Positions 49,202 to 61,299 of a stretch of 64,000 nt of DNA are shown here, one piece after another. The notes under the pieces were generated by a model. That model was not told the DNA's origin and searched no databases. It saw only the letters and a program-made list of their open reading frames with translations. The DNA is taken from positions 1,002,248-1,066,247 of the forward strand of contig WELB01000016.1 in the NCBI GenBank assembly GCA_009602725.1, given 5' to 3'. Source of the stretch: Spirogloea muscicola. Its lineage: Eukaryota. Every line of letters starts with the position of its first letter. Positions within the stretch are counted from its first letter, which is position 1. The position numbers and the translations under genes are program-made.

Positions 49202-51315
49202 ATGGCGGCCGCGCCCGCGCCCGCGGCGCCCGCCGGCGGGCCCTCCCTGGCCGCCGNNNNNNNNNNNNNNNNNNNNNNNNNNNNNNNNNNNNNNNNNNNN
49301 NNNNNNNNNNNNNNNNNNNNNNNNNNNNNNNNNNNNNNNNNNNNNNNNNNNNNNNNNNNNNNNNNNNNNNNNNNNNNNNNNNNNNNNNNNNNNNNNNNNN
49401 NNNNNNNNNNNNNNNNNNNNNNNNCCGCCGCCGCCGGCCAGGGGCGCGCCGGGCGGCGGCCGCTCCCGCGAGCTCGGCGACCAGGTCTGGCCAGCGAGCC
49501 CCGGCCGGCTGCCCGCGCAATGCCCATCTGCCGTTGCAGCGGGACCCTTACAGAGGACCGTGTCGCTGTGCTGCCAGCCGGCCACCGACGGCTCCGCGCC
49601 GGCGCCGCCCCAGCCGCCGCCGCCAGCTGAGGCCTTCCGCGCCGAGGCCAAGGAGCGGAGCCCGCCGCCGCGCCAGGCGCCGTCGGAAGACGCGCAGGGG
49701 CCCTCCAGCATCGTGGGCGGCGTGCTCTCCCAGGGCCTCAAGTTCTACCTCAGGTCCCAGGTGCGGTGGCCCCGCCCACGAAGCCCACCCGGGAAAGCTC
49801 ACGGTGTTCCGCGTGACCTGGGCTTGGGCTGGAATGCTGGCAGAATGGAGAGAAGCGGCCGGCTGGCAACTATGTGGTCCCCGTTGGCGCACAGGCTTAG
49901 TGCTTACGAGAAGTGGCCATGCAGTGCCACGGTTGGCCGCATGCAGAGGCTGACACCGCTCAGCACGCGGCCGACGGCGGTCGCAAGGCCGAGTGTGCTG
50001 GTGGCATTGTGCTACTCTGGTAGCAGCTGTGGCCATGACGGTCTGATTGTGTCCGCATGCCAATCACGTTGGCTGCTGCAGCTCCAGGGCAACAAGGGCC
50101 TCAAGGTGTCGGTGCGCGGCGGCAACCGCGAGCTTCTTTCCGGGGACTTCCAGGGCGTGACCGTCAATGCCCAGCAGGCCGTGTACAAGGTGCTCCAGTC
50201 CACCCCCTGCCTGGGCTCCAGTATGCCTTTGAGCAGTTGAGACGCCTCCTGTCCTTGAGCTGCAGCTTGTGCAGCCTCACATGGCCTCTAGCACGTATTG
50301 CAACAACTCATTGGTCACCTGCCTCTGTGGGTCGCCTGGCAGGGCCTCACCATTGATGACATCAAGCTGGTGGGCACGAATATTCATCTCAACACGGGGG
50401 CCATCAAAGGCGGCGGCGGCAAGTAAGCGCCCCTCCTGAAGCCCGGACTTCCTGCCTGACTACCAGGCCTACATATCAGCAGCCTCCCTACCTCCATGCA
50501 TCGTGCAGGGCATTTCCAGGCCAGCAAGGCAGCTTGGCTGCAGTCTCTAGCCTTCTGTCTGATTCTCTCCTTCAGGGCTCTTCTACAGACTTCAAGCTAT
50601 GGGTGCGCCTGCTGATGATGTGCGCCTGCTCTCATGGTTGCATTCTGCTCACCTCCGGAATTGCTGACATTTGTATGCTACTGTGCACAGAGTGCTGGAA
50701 GAGCCCTTCCAGATTCACGGGAATGTCATCCTAACGGAGAAGGACTTTACCGACAGGTCAGTCTGAGAAGTAATGTGCTCCTGCATTCCTCAAGCAGGAG
50801 AGGTCACCTCCAATGGAGCATTGAGTAGTGATGCACAAAGAGGAAGCTACGGATGTTGCAACTATTGGCGAGCTTTTAGTATGTTATGGGCAGCTGGACG
50901 CATGTGCCATGGTTAAAAGCAGGTCTACTTCCAGCAGCCTCCAGCAGCCTGGTGTCCTTTTTTGTTGTGCAGCATGTCGTCTGACATTCTGAAGGATGCC
51001 ATAAGGGATACCTTATCGCTCCCCAAGTCCGAGAAGATCCCGAACCTCCGAGTGTCCATCGATGACGGGCTCATCAAGCTCAGTGATCCTGGTGGAAGGG
51101 CCAGCCGACTTCCCCTTCCTGTTGCCCTCCAGTTGGACATCAGCAAAGATGGAAGATGGTTGACTATACAGCCTATCAGTATCTCCAGCGACCGCTACGG
51201 ACGCAGTGAGGGTGGCAGTCGCCAAATCGATCTCGGGCCGGGCACCAATGTGACCAAGCTGCAGGTAGCTGACGGTTACATAGCTGTTGAGGGTAACTTT
51301 GAGGTGACCCCTTAG
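49202..51315 (+). CDS. DUF2993 (LmeA-like) protein with probable plastid transit peptide (multi-exon, gap in exon 1)
   Basis: SIVGGVLSQGLKFYLRSQ / LKVSVRGGNRELLSGDFQGVTVNAQQAVYK / GLTIDDIKLVGTNIHLN / VLEEPFQIHGNVILTEKD follow the cyanobacterial DUF2993 pattern. Ends GNFEVTP*. Confidence 0.75.
49257..49424. other. Assembly gap (others at 52890-53338 and 58514-58967)
   Basis: Runs of N. Confidence 1.
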
Positions 51316-51579
51316 GTAGCTAAGTTATCTACTTCAACCAACCCTGCATTCTTGTACATATTTATTCGTCAACCTTCACTTCAGTGCTTAACAATTTAGT
51401 ATTAACATAGGGTCCAGATGTGAGGGGTACTGCTGATGCTGCAAAGAGTACAGCAATGCCCGCGAGCGTCTGGCACAAGGATATACATCCTGCAGAACCA
51501 AAGCTTAGGCTGACCTGCCCTAACAAGCTGACCAGCCTTAGCTGCCAAAAGTCAATCACAGGAGGGTCACCGCAATGCC

Positions 51580-52889
51580 TCAGACTGTGTACCGGTCCTT
51601 CGCTCTCTTGTCAAGATTCTTCACATCTTCCTGCAACAAGGCCAGAGGTTGGATCAGACAACAAGCGGAATATCTGCTACGTGAGAGCAAGCTGCAGGCC
51701 CTGACGACTCTTTTGTTATCCAAGCTACTAAGTGCACAACGGACTAGCAAAGCAACTTCTCATAGTGACACAAGAGACCATGAAGTAAGCATCTCATTTC
51801 GACAAGGTGCTTTACAGATTGTTAGAATGTTGCCACAGTACATGCTGAGGAGTGCACCACAGGACTGCAACGAAGACCTGCTAGATTGTACTGAAGGAAG
51901 TGAACGGCAGTAGCAGGCAAGCCAAGGCAGCAGTATGGCTTTATGCTAGGAAGCATGATAACATGTGGCTGCTTGTCACTCACGTGCACAAGGAATCCAA
52001 TCTTCTCATCCAGCCCAAGGAAATCCTTCCATTGTTTACCTATGCTGGTCTGCAAGACAGGAGGCCACAGGGCCATCTATCGTTAAGAGTGGCTGTGAGG
52101 AATGTCGACCATTGCTCACCAACTAGTGGAACCCTCCACACACGACGCAGTGCGGAAGGTTGGGAGTCGGGCTCAGAAGCTGAGCCCAAAGAGACGGCCG
52201 CCGCAAGGCACCTGCAGCGCCTCGTTGCTGGCAGTCTTGGTCCACAGAGCAACTCTGTCCTGCTTGGCTCGGACGTTGACCACGGCTCCGCAGATGTCGT
52301 CGCCCTGCTCGAACTGCTCCCCGATCATCGCCAACACCTGGCCACCAACAGCCGCGCGCCGGGCGAGGGAACGGGTCAGGCTCGCGCGGGGGCTCAAGCC
52401 CAACTCAAGCTCGCCTCAGGCCCAAGCTCTTGCTCGGTCTCGGGCTCGGAGTCGGGCTCGGAGTCGGGCTCGGAGTCGGGCTCTGGCGCGCGCCGGGCGG
52501 CCAGTCGAGCAGGCAGAGCGATGCGGTGGTGGTGAGACCGTGTGGAGCCAGAAGGTGTCGAGGGCGGTCTTGTTGTTGCGGGGGACGAGGGCCTTCCAGG
52601 AGCCGCCCTGGGCGCACTTGGGGTCCTCCCACTTGGGCTCGATGCCCTTCTTGAAGCAGTGGAAGTCGGCGCCGTGGATCAGCCGGCTCGGCTGCACCAC
52701 GTTGTTGTACAGGCACCAGAAGTCCTCCACGGACGCGAAGGTGTAGACGTGCCGCAGCGAGTCGCCCCACGCGCCGCGCTGCCGCGCGTTCGGGTTGTCG
52801 AACCACAGCGCCCAGTGGTGCTCCAGCGGGTGCTTCGCCGGGCCGCCGCCGCCGCCGTTGCCCGCCGCAGCCGCGTCCTCCGCGCCGCC
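51580..52889 (-). CDS. eIF4E: Eukaryotic translation initiation factor 4E (start codon in gap)
   Basis: [86 protein letters not shown]. Confidence 0.96.
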
Positions 52890-53364
52890 NNNNNNNNNNN
52901 NNNNNNNNNNNNNNNNNNNNNNNNNNNNNNNNNNNNNNNNNNNNNNNNNNNNNNNNNNNNNNNNNNNNNNNNNNNNNNNNNNNNNNNNNNNNNNNNNNNN
53001 NNNNNNNNNNNNNNNNNNNNNNNNNNNNNNNNNNNNNNNNNNNNNNNNNNNNNNNNNNNNNNNNNNNNNNNNNNNNNNNNNNNNNNNNNNNNNNNNNNNN
53101 NNNNNNNNNNNNNNNNNNNNNNNNNNNNNNNNNNNNNNNNNNNNNNNNNNNNNNNNNNNNNNNNNNNNNNNNNNNNNNNNNNNNNNNNNNNNNNNNNNNN
53201 NNNNNNNNNNNNNNNNNNNNNNNNNNNNNNNNNNNNNNNNNNNNNNNNNNNNNNNNNNNNNNNNNNNNNNNNNNNNNNNNNNNNNNNNNNNNNNNNNNNN
53301 NNNNNNNNNNNNNNNNNNNNNNNNNNNNNNNNNNNNNNGGGGGGGGGGGGGGGGGGCCTTCGAG

Positions 53365-56300
53365 CTACTCCCAGAGGGGGGGGGCGGAGCTCGGGCGGTG
53401 GGGACTGCGAGCACAATCCTCCGCCTGCAGTGCCTGCTGGAACGTCTCCATCGGCACGTAGCGGTAGCCCTTTGGTAGGCGCCTGTTGTGGCTGTTGGCC
53501 TCCATCGGAGTCATGAGCTTCTCGGCACGCAGGCTCCCTTCTTTCCTCTGTCCACACCAGACAAGCGCGCAGCCAATCAGTGAGCAGAGGCGGCGAGCAG
53601 GAGTGCAAGTGCCAGTCGCTCATCGGGCAGAGCGCCTCCTCCCAAAGTCATGCATCATGCCTGCACTCGCTGCCCATACCTTTTTCATCTCCCGCTCGGC
53701 ATACTCATGGCCTTCAGCCAGCAGTTGGGCACCGCAATTTGGAGGCTCAAAGCCGTCCTGGAACGCTTCTGACCCCGACCTCCTCTTGTCCTTCCTGCCT
53801 GCCCTCCTTCCACCTTCGGGTGGACTCTCGTTCTTTGACCGGGAAACAAACTGGCCATGTAATCGCAATCGGTGACGGAAGCGATTCTTGCTCCTGCGAC
53901 GCTCGTCAGACGCAAGCCCGCCGCTCGGAAAGGAGTCCAATAGGGAGGATTTCTGAAGCTCTGCTCGTTCACCGTGTTTATCTTTGCCGTCTGGCTGGTC
54001 CAGAGGCGGCCACGTCCACGTATCCCTGGCCGCACGCTCGTCATCCACCTGCTGCTCGTGTGGCGGGGCATACGCACATGCAATCTCTCTCTTGCAGACA
54101 AGCAAATCTCGCTGCACACAACCAGGTAAAAGGTAATACGACTATGAGGCTCCACTTACACATGAGCACACAAGAAAGCAAAGCAAGTCAGTCAATACAG
54201 CTGTTCAACTCGAGTGCATGGCAAGGCGTTGTTGTGAGTTGTACTACTGTGGATATGGCATCAACTTACTTTGAGACGTTCTCGGCGCACAATACGTTCA
54301 CAGATCAATCTCACACGCTCAAACTCTAACTGCAGGTGTTTACAGTATAGCTCGTGAGTAGAGCCATGCTGCATACAGGAAAGCTCAAGTAGCCAGGCCG
54401 CAAATTCTCTCGGCAGAGAAATGAAGACATCTCCAAGTATCTGTCTATCGGCACTCACAGTGCTCAACAAGCCCAGTGACAACTTGTGACATCATAAACC
54501 CAGTCAGCAAAACTCTGCTCACTCTTAGCTGCTTCAACATCGCCATGTCCTCAGGTCCACCTCGGCTCTTTGATACTGCCTGCATGGTCCAAAAGAACGT
54601 GACATATTTGGAGAGCACAGTAAATTGGTCAGACAAATTCGCATCCCAAAAAGCACATACGCTGCAAGGCAGACAGCAAGCAGCAGATCATAGCAGTATG
54701 TCAAACCCTGATATCACATATCGCCGTGCCTTGCTGTCTCAGTGCAAGTTGTAGCAAATGAGCTTGAAAGGATAGCGTGTATACAGCTTCAGCTGACCTT
54801 CTGACGCTGCTGAGCACTGTGGCGCTCGCAGTACGCACGGAGGACGGGTGTGTTGTTAGCACCCTTCTTCACGCTCATGAACAAACCAGCATTGCGGGCG
54901 CAGGATGCATGGAATGCTCCATTGCAGTGCCCAAAGTTGCACTGGTTGCACAACAAGAAGCAGACCCAGGCTCAAGCTTGTGCAGGCATTGCAGGGCCGA
55001 TAGTTGGATCTATGCTCACAAGCACAAGCAGATCTGAGACCTAGAAGGATTGTCTAGCTAGATTGTGCAGACAGGACAATGGTTGCATGTCTAATGATAA
55101 GCAACAGCGTAACCTTTTATTTGTGCAGACAAGACAATGATAGCGAAAACAGCGACGGTGAACAAAGTGTGAGACACTATGATGGATCATCAGTAGGATA
55201 TGACATTCTGACAGACAGGGCTTTGCCCACTCTGGCTCAGTACCTTGAGGCAAACGCCCTGATTTAGATGGCAGAGGCTGCACTGGTGGTTGTATCTATC
55301 AGCAGGTATCTGATCCTGTTGCAATGGCAGCTCTTGTCCCTTAGAGTGCTGTAAAAGCATCGCTGAGAGTTACTGGATGGGGCTGGACATGCACCAGCAT
55401 GACATTATGGGCTGTGGATGAAGCATGTCCAAAGGATGGAGCAACTTCTGACCCCAAACAACTTGCATGCATGGAATCAGATTCGTACTCGCAATTATTG
55501 TGGCAGAGATTGAAAAGCTTACCAGGCCCACAATGAGTGCAGCCTGATGCTGACCAACCCATGTCTCCGGCACCCACTGGTAGCAAACATCAGGATGTTA
55601 AGGACAACCAAGGAACCAGCACTGTGATACAGCAGTACAGCAAGCCACATCCGCATGTAAGACATGCAAGCAACAATCACAAGCCCATGCTTGCCACAGC
55701 ATCTGACCTGGGCGCAATGCACGTGAACCCAGCGGCCATCCGTGGACGCCTTGAACGCCCCATAGTGCCCAGGGCAGAGAGCACAGGAGACTCCAGGCGG
55801 CTGTCGCCCGTACTCATCGACAACAGAAGGAGACTGGCCTTCTCTGTGTGCTTTGGCACACGGCTGGCACATCCACGCTCCTGTTGGGACAACTGCAATT
55901 CCATAGCAGCCCTGGTGGACTGCCACCTTCAGCCAAGCACAACGGCACAGCCTGTCAGGACCATTGCCACTGTGCCTGCAATGCCCAGGCTTGAGTGTAC
56001 CGGTAAAGGATAGCTGTATCTCACCTCACAGCGCTCGCAAAAGACGATGAAGTTGGTGGAGTCCGAGTCCCCGTTGCTGCAAACGGTGCAGACCGCATCA
56101 TAGCCATCCATGCGCACATCTTTGAGCCGGTCATAGATGGGAAGAGGAGGGGACCCCGGTTTTGGAGGGCGGAATTGGGAGGGTGCAATCGGCCTTGTGA
56201 ACCGAGCTCTTGTTGCAGATTCCTCACCACCTGCACGTCCTAAGCATCATGTGTGAGAATGACACACCAATAGAAGGCAGAAGTCACCAATGAGCTTGCA

Positions 56301-58513
56301 TGCCTTGAGTGCCTGTGGGGTGGCAATGTCTGAATTGGAGTGAACAGGGTAGCAGAGCAGACCAATGTCTTCCATTGAAGCTTCACGGCGCAGGTGCCCC
56401 AGCCGCGGGGATGCTGCAGCAGCAGCAGTCGCAGCTTGAAGGATCAGTTGTGCTTCCCGATCGCGGCGCTCCTTGCGCCCCTGCTTCTTCACTTCTCGCA
56501 CAGTCTGCAGATACTGGCCCACCACTTCCATATCTGCCTTGTGCTGCTTTGTTGCCCTCTGCTGCTGCCAAAGTGTGGGGAGCATGGCTTCCAGCACGTG
56601 CTCTGATCATCAAAGACCAAAGAGGTAAGGAGGGTCCTGCCAAGCACATGACTTCTCAAGACAAACAAGCATCAAGTAGGCAGCAACTTTGAGCGAGTAG
56701 CTGCCAATATATACAGGACATCCGCCTGCCGAACCATCCATCCATGGCTAGAATATCTATCCTAGTACATGACCTGGTAAAGTGCCAGCAAATTACAGGC
56801 TGCGCAAATTGTCGAAAGTGGGGATATAGTTTTAGGGCTTAGTTTATAATCATTACCTGCCCTGGCGCTGTTGGCCTTCACACAGGCCAGGAGCTGGGTC
56901 TGGCAGATCAGCAGCTCGCTGAGGATCTCATCATCTGGTGCGAGGTGCAGAAAGCCCAGGTTCTGGGCTAGCTCGACTTGCTCCCAGGGCCCTCGATCAT
57001 CCTACGGGTCATTCACAAGCAGCACGAAGCTTTGGTAAGTGTTGCAGCAGCCATGAGAGCAATACTACGACTTGCCATATGCAACCAGGGGCAACTTGGC
57101 TAGCAAGATCATCAGTAACATCTGGACTTACCTGTACAGCGGCAATGCCACCTCTTGATGCTTTATCTGGGGACAGTGGTTGCAACTTGACGACTTTGCC
57201 TGCTGAGTCTAAAGCAGGTGAGGCAGCGCTCCTTGTGCCCACCACATTGTGCCTTGAAGATACGTTGTCATCCCCACCATCTGGACTTGGTTCACTGCCC
57301 GTGCCATTCACAGATAGCCATGCCTCCAGATATGGGTGCATTGCATACGCAGGTCTGAATCTGTGCCTGCTCGACAAGTCCATCCTGAGGGGAGAGTTAG
57401 CACCAAAGTAAGCAGTCCAAGTCCCTGCTCCCGGAGTGAGGCACCTGCGTCGCCGTGTGGTTACAGCGGCGCCTCCCTGAAACACATTGGCAAGGCTCCA
57501 GAATGATGCAGGAGGGGCAAGGGGATGGCTGAGCCCGTGCTCGCGGTGGAGCAAGGGGTTCAGGAGTTTGTGGCCGTGCACCTGTTTTTCTTGATGGCTT
57601 TCGCCTGCTTCTGCGCAGACGGCGGGGCAGCCCACCCCGGCTTCGTCTGGACTGCAGACTTGTCATCCGCAGAGCCACGAGCATCCAGGAGGCTGCTCGG
57701 CGAGCTTGCGTCTCCCTCGCGAGCAGAGCCAGCTGGCAGCTTGGCATCACCCCCCCCAGCAGAACCGTCTGCACGAGCAGCCTGCACCAGCTGCAGCAAG
57801 CCGGTGGCATATTGGCACCTTCTGCAAGCAGCCCAGCCGGTCGGCTTGCAAGACCGTGCCCGCGGCGAGCAGCCGTCACAGATCTGAAGGCAGGGGCTGC
57901 AGAGCCGCTGCCGGGCAGGCCGGGCACTGCCTCCGACCTCGGGACCCGGCAAGGTGACCGGTGAGCTGGTCACGATTCGCGCAAGGCGGGCAGGTGGCAA
58001 GGTCAGCAGACGCTTGCAGAGAAGCTGAGCTGGCAAGCCTCTGGCAATGGAGCAGCGCTGCCACTCCGCACCTGTCCCTTGGCGTCGGAGAACGGCCACC
58101 ACGCCTTGCGCAGCGTCGGGAGGCCGGCGAGGGCGGCCGCCGGCGAGGTCGCAGAGGGCGCGGGCGAGGGCGCGGGCGCCGACGTGGAGGCGAGGCCGGC
58201 AGCGAGCCCGCGCTGGCGGCGCTCCTCCAGCTGCAGCGCGGCGCCTGGGGGAGCCCCGAGGCTGGGATCCCGGCCGAAACCCGGCGGCGGCGCCAGCAGG
58301 CGGACGTCGTCGGCCGTGACGTCCCGGAAGTAGTCCTCGGTGGCGGCCCAGAAGGACGGCGTGCCGGCGTGGCCGTCGGGGCCGCTGCCGCTGGGGCCGT
58401 GCAGCGTGGCGGCGAGCCCCTTCTTGGTGCGCTGGCGGCGCTTCTTGTCCTGGACCGCGGCGGCGCGGCCCAGGCCCGGGGGCGGCAGCCCGCCGGGGGA
58501 GGCTGCGGTGGCG
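53365..58513 (-). CDS. PHD/PZP-finger chromatin protein (At1g77800-like; multi-exon; start in gap)
   Basis: FWAATEDYFRDVT, PDDEILSELL..QTQLL, VREVKKQGRKERR..AATAAAAAS, CTVCSNG..IVFCERC..VHQGCYG..WMCQPC, CALCP..GAFKASTDGRWVHVHCAQ, and the C-terminus MTPMEANSHNRRLPKGYRYVP. Confidence 0.88.
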
Positions 58514-59039
58514 NNNNNNNNNNNNNNNNNNNNNNNNNNNNNNNNNNNNNNNNNNNNNNNNNNNNNNNNNNNNNNNNNNNNNNNNNNNNNNNNNNNNNNN
58601 NNNNNNNNNNNNNNNNNNNNNNNNNNNNNNNNNNNNNNNNNNNNNNNNNNNNNNNNNNNNNNNNNNNNNNNNNNNNNNNNNNNNNNNNNNNNNNNNNNNN
58701 NNNNNNNNNNNNNNNNNNNNNNNNNNNNNNNNNNNNNNNNNNNNNNNNNNNNNNNNNNNNNNNNNNNNNNNNNNNNNNNNNNNNNNNNNNNNNNNNNNNN
58801 NNNNNNNNNNNNNNNNNNNNNNNNNNNNNNNNNNNNNNNNNNNNNNNNNNNNNNNNNNNNNNNNNNNNNNNNNNNNNNNNNNNNNNNNNNNNNNNNNNNN
58901 NNNNNNNNNNNNNNNNNNNNNNNNNNNNNNNNNNNNNNNNNNNNNNNNNNNNNNNNNNNNNNNNNNNTGGTCCTCGTTACTTTCGCTGCTGGCATCTCAA
59001 GCTGACCAGCGGCGCCGGGAACAGGGTGCAGCCCTTCCC

Positions 59040-59327
59040 GGTGGCTCGGTGCCTTTGGGTCTTGTGTCCTGCTACCGTATGCGTTTGTCTATGTCGCTAC
59101 AGCGTTCCCAAGCGCTTGCTTTGCATCGCCGCGCTGGTCGTGCCCTTGCAGCAGCCTCTGGCTTGCGCAGCGGGGTTGCTCTTCCACCCCTCAGCTCATC
59201 TGACTTCCTACTGCTGACACGGGGTTACTAAGAGCGCCCTGGCTGTCTAGCCTGTGGCTCCGTCATGAACACCTGTATGCATCTGGCTGGCTTTCACAGC
59301 CGCTCTTTTAATATCAGCAGCCGCTTC
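59040..59327 (+). mobile_element. 5'-truncated non-LTR copy in the PHD/UBC12 divergent promoter
   Basis: YRMRLSMSLQRSQALALHRRAGRALAAASG..SDFLLLTRGY* plus a 3' UTR matching 22496-22627. Confidence 0.85.
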
Positions 59328-59481
59328 CCAGCGCCCCCTCGCCGCGAGCCGGCCAGGCCCTCCCCGCCGTCGCCCACGCCCAAGCCCCTGCCGCCGCCAG
59401 GCCGGCTCCCCCTCCCGCCTCCCAGCCTCAGCCGCCGCCTGCCGCACCACGCCGCCGCCAGAGCCGGGCGCCGCCGGCAGC

Positions 59482-60746
59482 ATGATCAAGCTGTTCAGCG
59501 TCAAGGAGAAGCAGAAGGAGGCCGCCAAGAGCGCCAACGGGCAGCGCCCCGCCCGCCAGTCCGCTGGCGAGCTGCGCGTCCAAAAGGGTGAGCCCCCCTC
59601 TCGCCCCGCCACTCGCCGCTGCCGCTTCCGTGTGCCGCGCCCCACTGACCGCCCCTTGTCCGCCTCTCTGCCCCGTCCTCCCGTCGGCGCGCTCCTCTCG
59701 GCCGCGCTGCAGACATCTCGGAGCTGAATTTGGCCAAGACCACGAGCATCGCCTTCCCGCGCGGCAAGGATGACCTGCTCAACTTCGAGATCACCATCAG
59801 GCCCGACGAGGGCTACTACCAGTACAGCCCCTCCCTGCCCGCCCGGCCAATCTTCGACTGCCCTCCCGCGCACCGCTTGCGCGAGCGCCGCCATCTGCCC
59901 GCCCGAAGTCGGGGCCGCGAGAGCCGGCGAGGATTCAGGTTCTGCTTCCGGGCCGGGAAATTCTCCAACCCCTTACTCCTCGTAGCTGCCTCCTCTTCTA
60001 TTTACCGAGCTGCAATCCCGGTGCGTGGCTGCTCCTCCGCAGGGCCGGCACCTTCGTCTTCAGCTTTGTGATTCCGCAGGGCTATCCGCACGAGGCACCC
60101 AAGGTCAAGTGCAAGACCAAGGTGTGCGTCTTGAGCCCGTGCTGCTGCCGCCCCAAAGTCGATAAGCAGATGCCGTGGTGGCACTTGCAAGGCATCGTCA
60201 CCAGCTTAGGCTGCCGCTTTTGCCTCTGCAAAGCCTGCTTAGCAATAGGCCCAGATCTTGTGCTTGTGCACTCATGCTGCCGGCGCACAGCCAACTCCTT
60301 GAGTCGACTACTCTCTGACTCCAATGCTTGTGATTGCCAGGTATATCATCCAAATATAGACCTGGAAGGAAACGTCTGCTTGAATATTCTGCGGGAGGAC
60401 TGGAAGCCCGTTCTTAGTGTCAACTCTATTATCTACGGGCTCCAGTACTTATTCCTGGTGAGTGTCAGTTGCACACACCGATGGCACCGGAAAGCCCATT
60501 GAAGCTCAACAGCTGACGTTTTCGTCAGCCATCAGTGATGTGAAGCCAGTGGGATATATGGGTTCTGAGCATGACCCAAGGCTCGGTGCTCTGTGCTCTT
60601 GGCGACAGGATCCCAATCCCGATGACCCACTCAATCAGGAGGCTGCTGAGGTGCTGAGAGACAATCCCCGGCAGTTTGAGGCCAATGTGAGACGCTCAAT
60701 GGCAGGTGGCTATGTTGGAGGCCAGCACTTTCCAAGGTGCATATAG
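59482..60746 (+). CDS. RCE1: NEDD8/RUB-conjugating enzyme Ubc12 (5 exons)
   Basis: MIKLFSVK N-terminus, [75 protein letters not shown]. Confidence 0.96.
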
Positions 60747-61299
60747 TGAGAGTCTGTTGGCACAAGTCTTCTATAATCGTCACATGAACGGTTCAAGGGC
60801 TGAAGGCACGGAGCGCAGGCCCCATCAGCTTCAATCATCGTACACGTGTCTCTCATCATCTCCACACCTCTGCATGCTCTCAACTGCCCCGGCTCTTGCA
60901 ATGGATCTGATCCGGTCTGCCAATGGCCAGACGGTGAAGTCCTCGGCAGTCAACCCCCCTACCCCCTCACCCTCGCAGTCTAGTAGAGTCCAACTTGCAG
61001 TCTCAGCAACCTCTCACATTATAGTCCACGAACTTTCTAATCTCTTGGGGCCCGTAGGCTATCACCTCTCCTTCCTGCTTGGCGAACCAATGCGTCCAGC
61101 ACAACTGCAGCATCCTTGGGAGTGCAGAAGCATGGCGGGGCCAAGGCATGGCTCGGGGGTGTTGCATGTTAGACTTGATCCACTAGACACATGTCTCACT
61201 TGTTGCTCCTTAGGGCCTTTCCCGGTTTGGAGCACTGTTGACTTGCAGAGCCGCACCAGCCATTTGGTACGGCGACCTTCTGACCTTTTTGCTGCAATT

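Noticed and set aside
52437..52482. (CTCGGAGTCGGG)n repeat encoding SPTP/ARSR repeats
   Set aside because: Lies in an eIF4E intron; simple repeat with no evidence of coding or function.
48643..59217. Long ORFs spanning N runs, and many GC-rich antisense ORFs
   Set aside because: Kept open by Ns or by stop-codon scarcity; they overlap recognisable genes in other frames.
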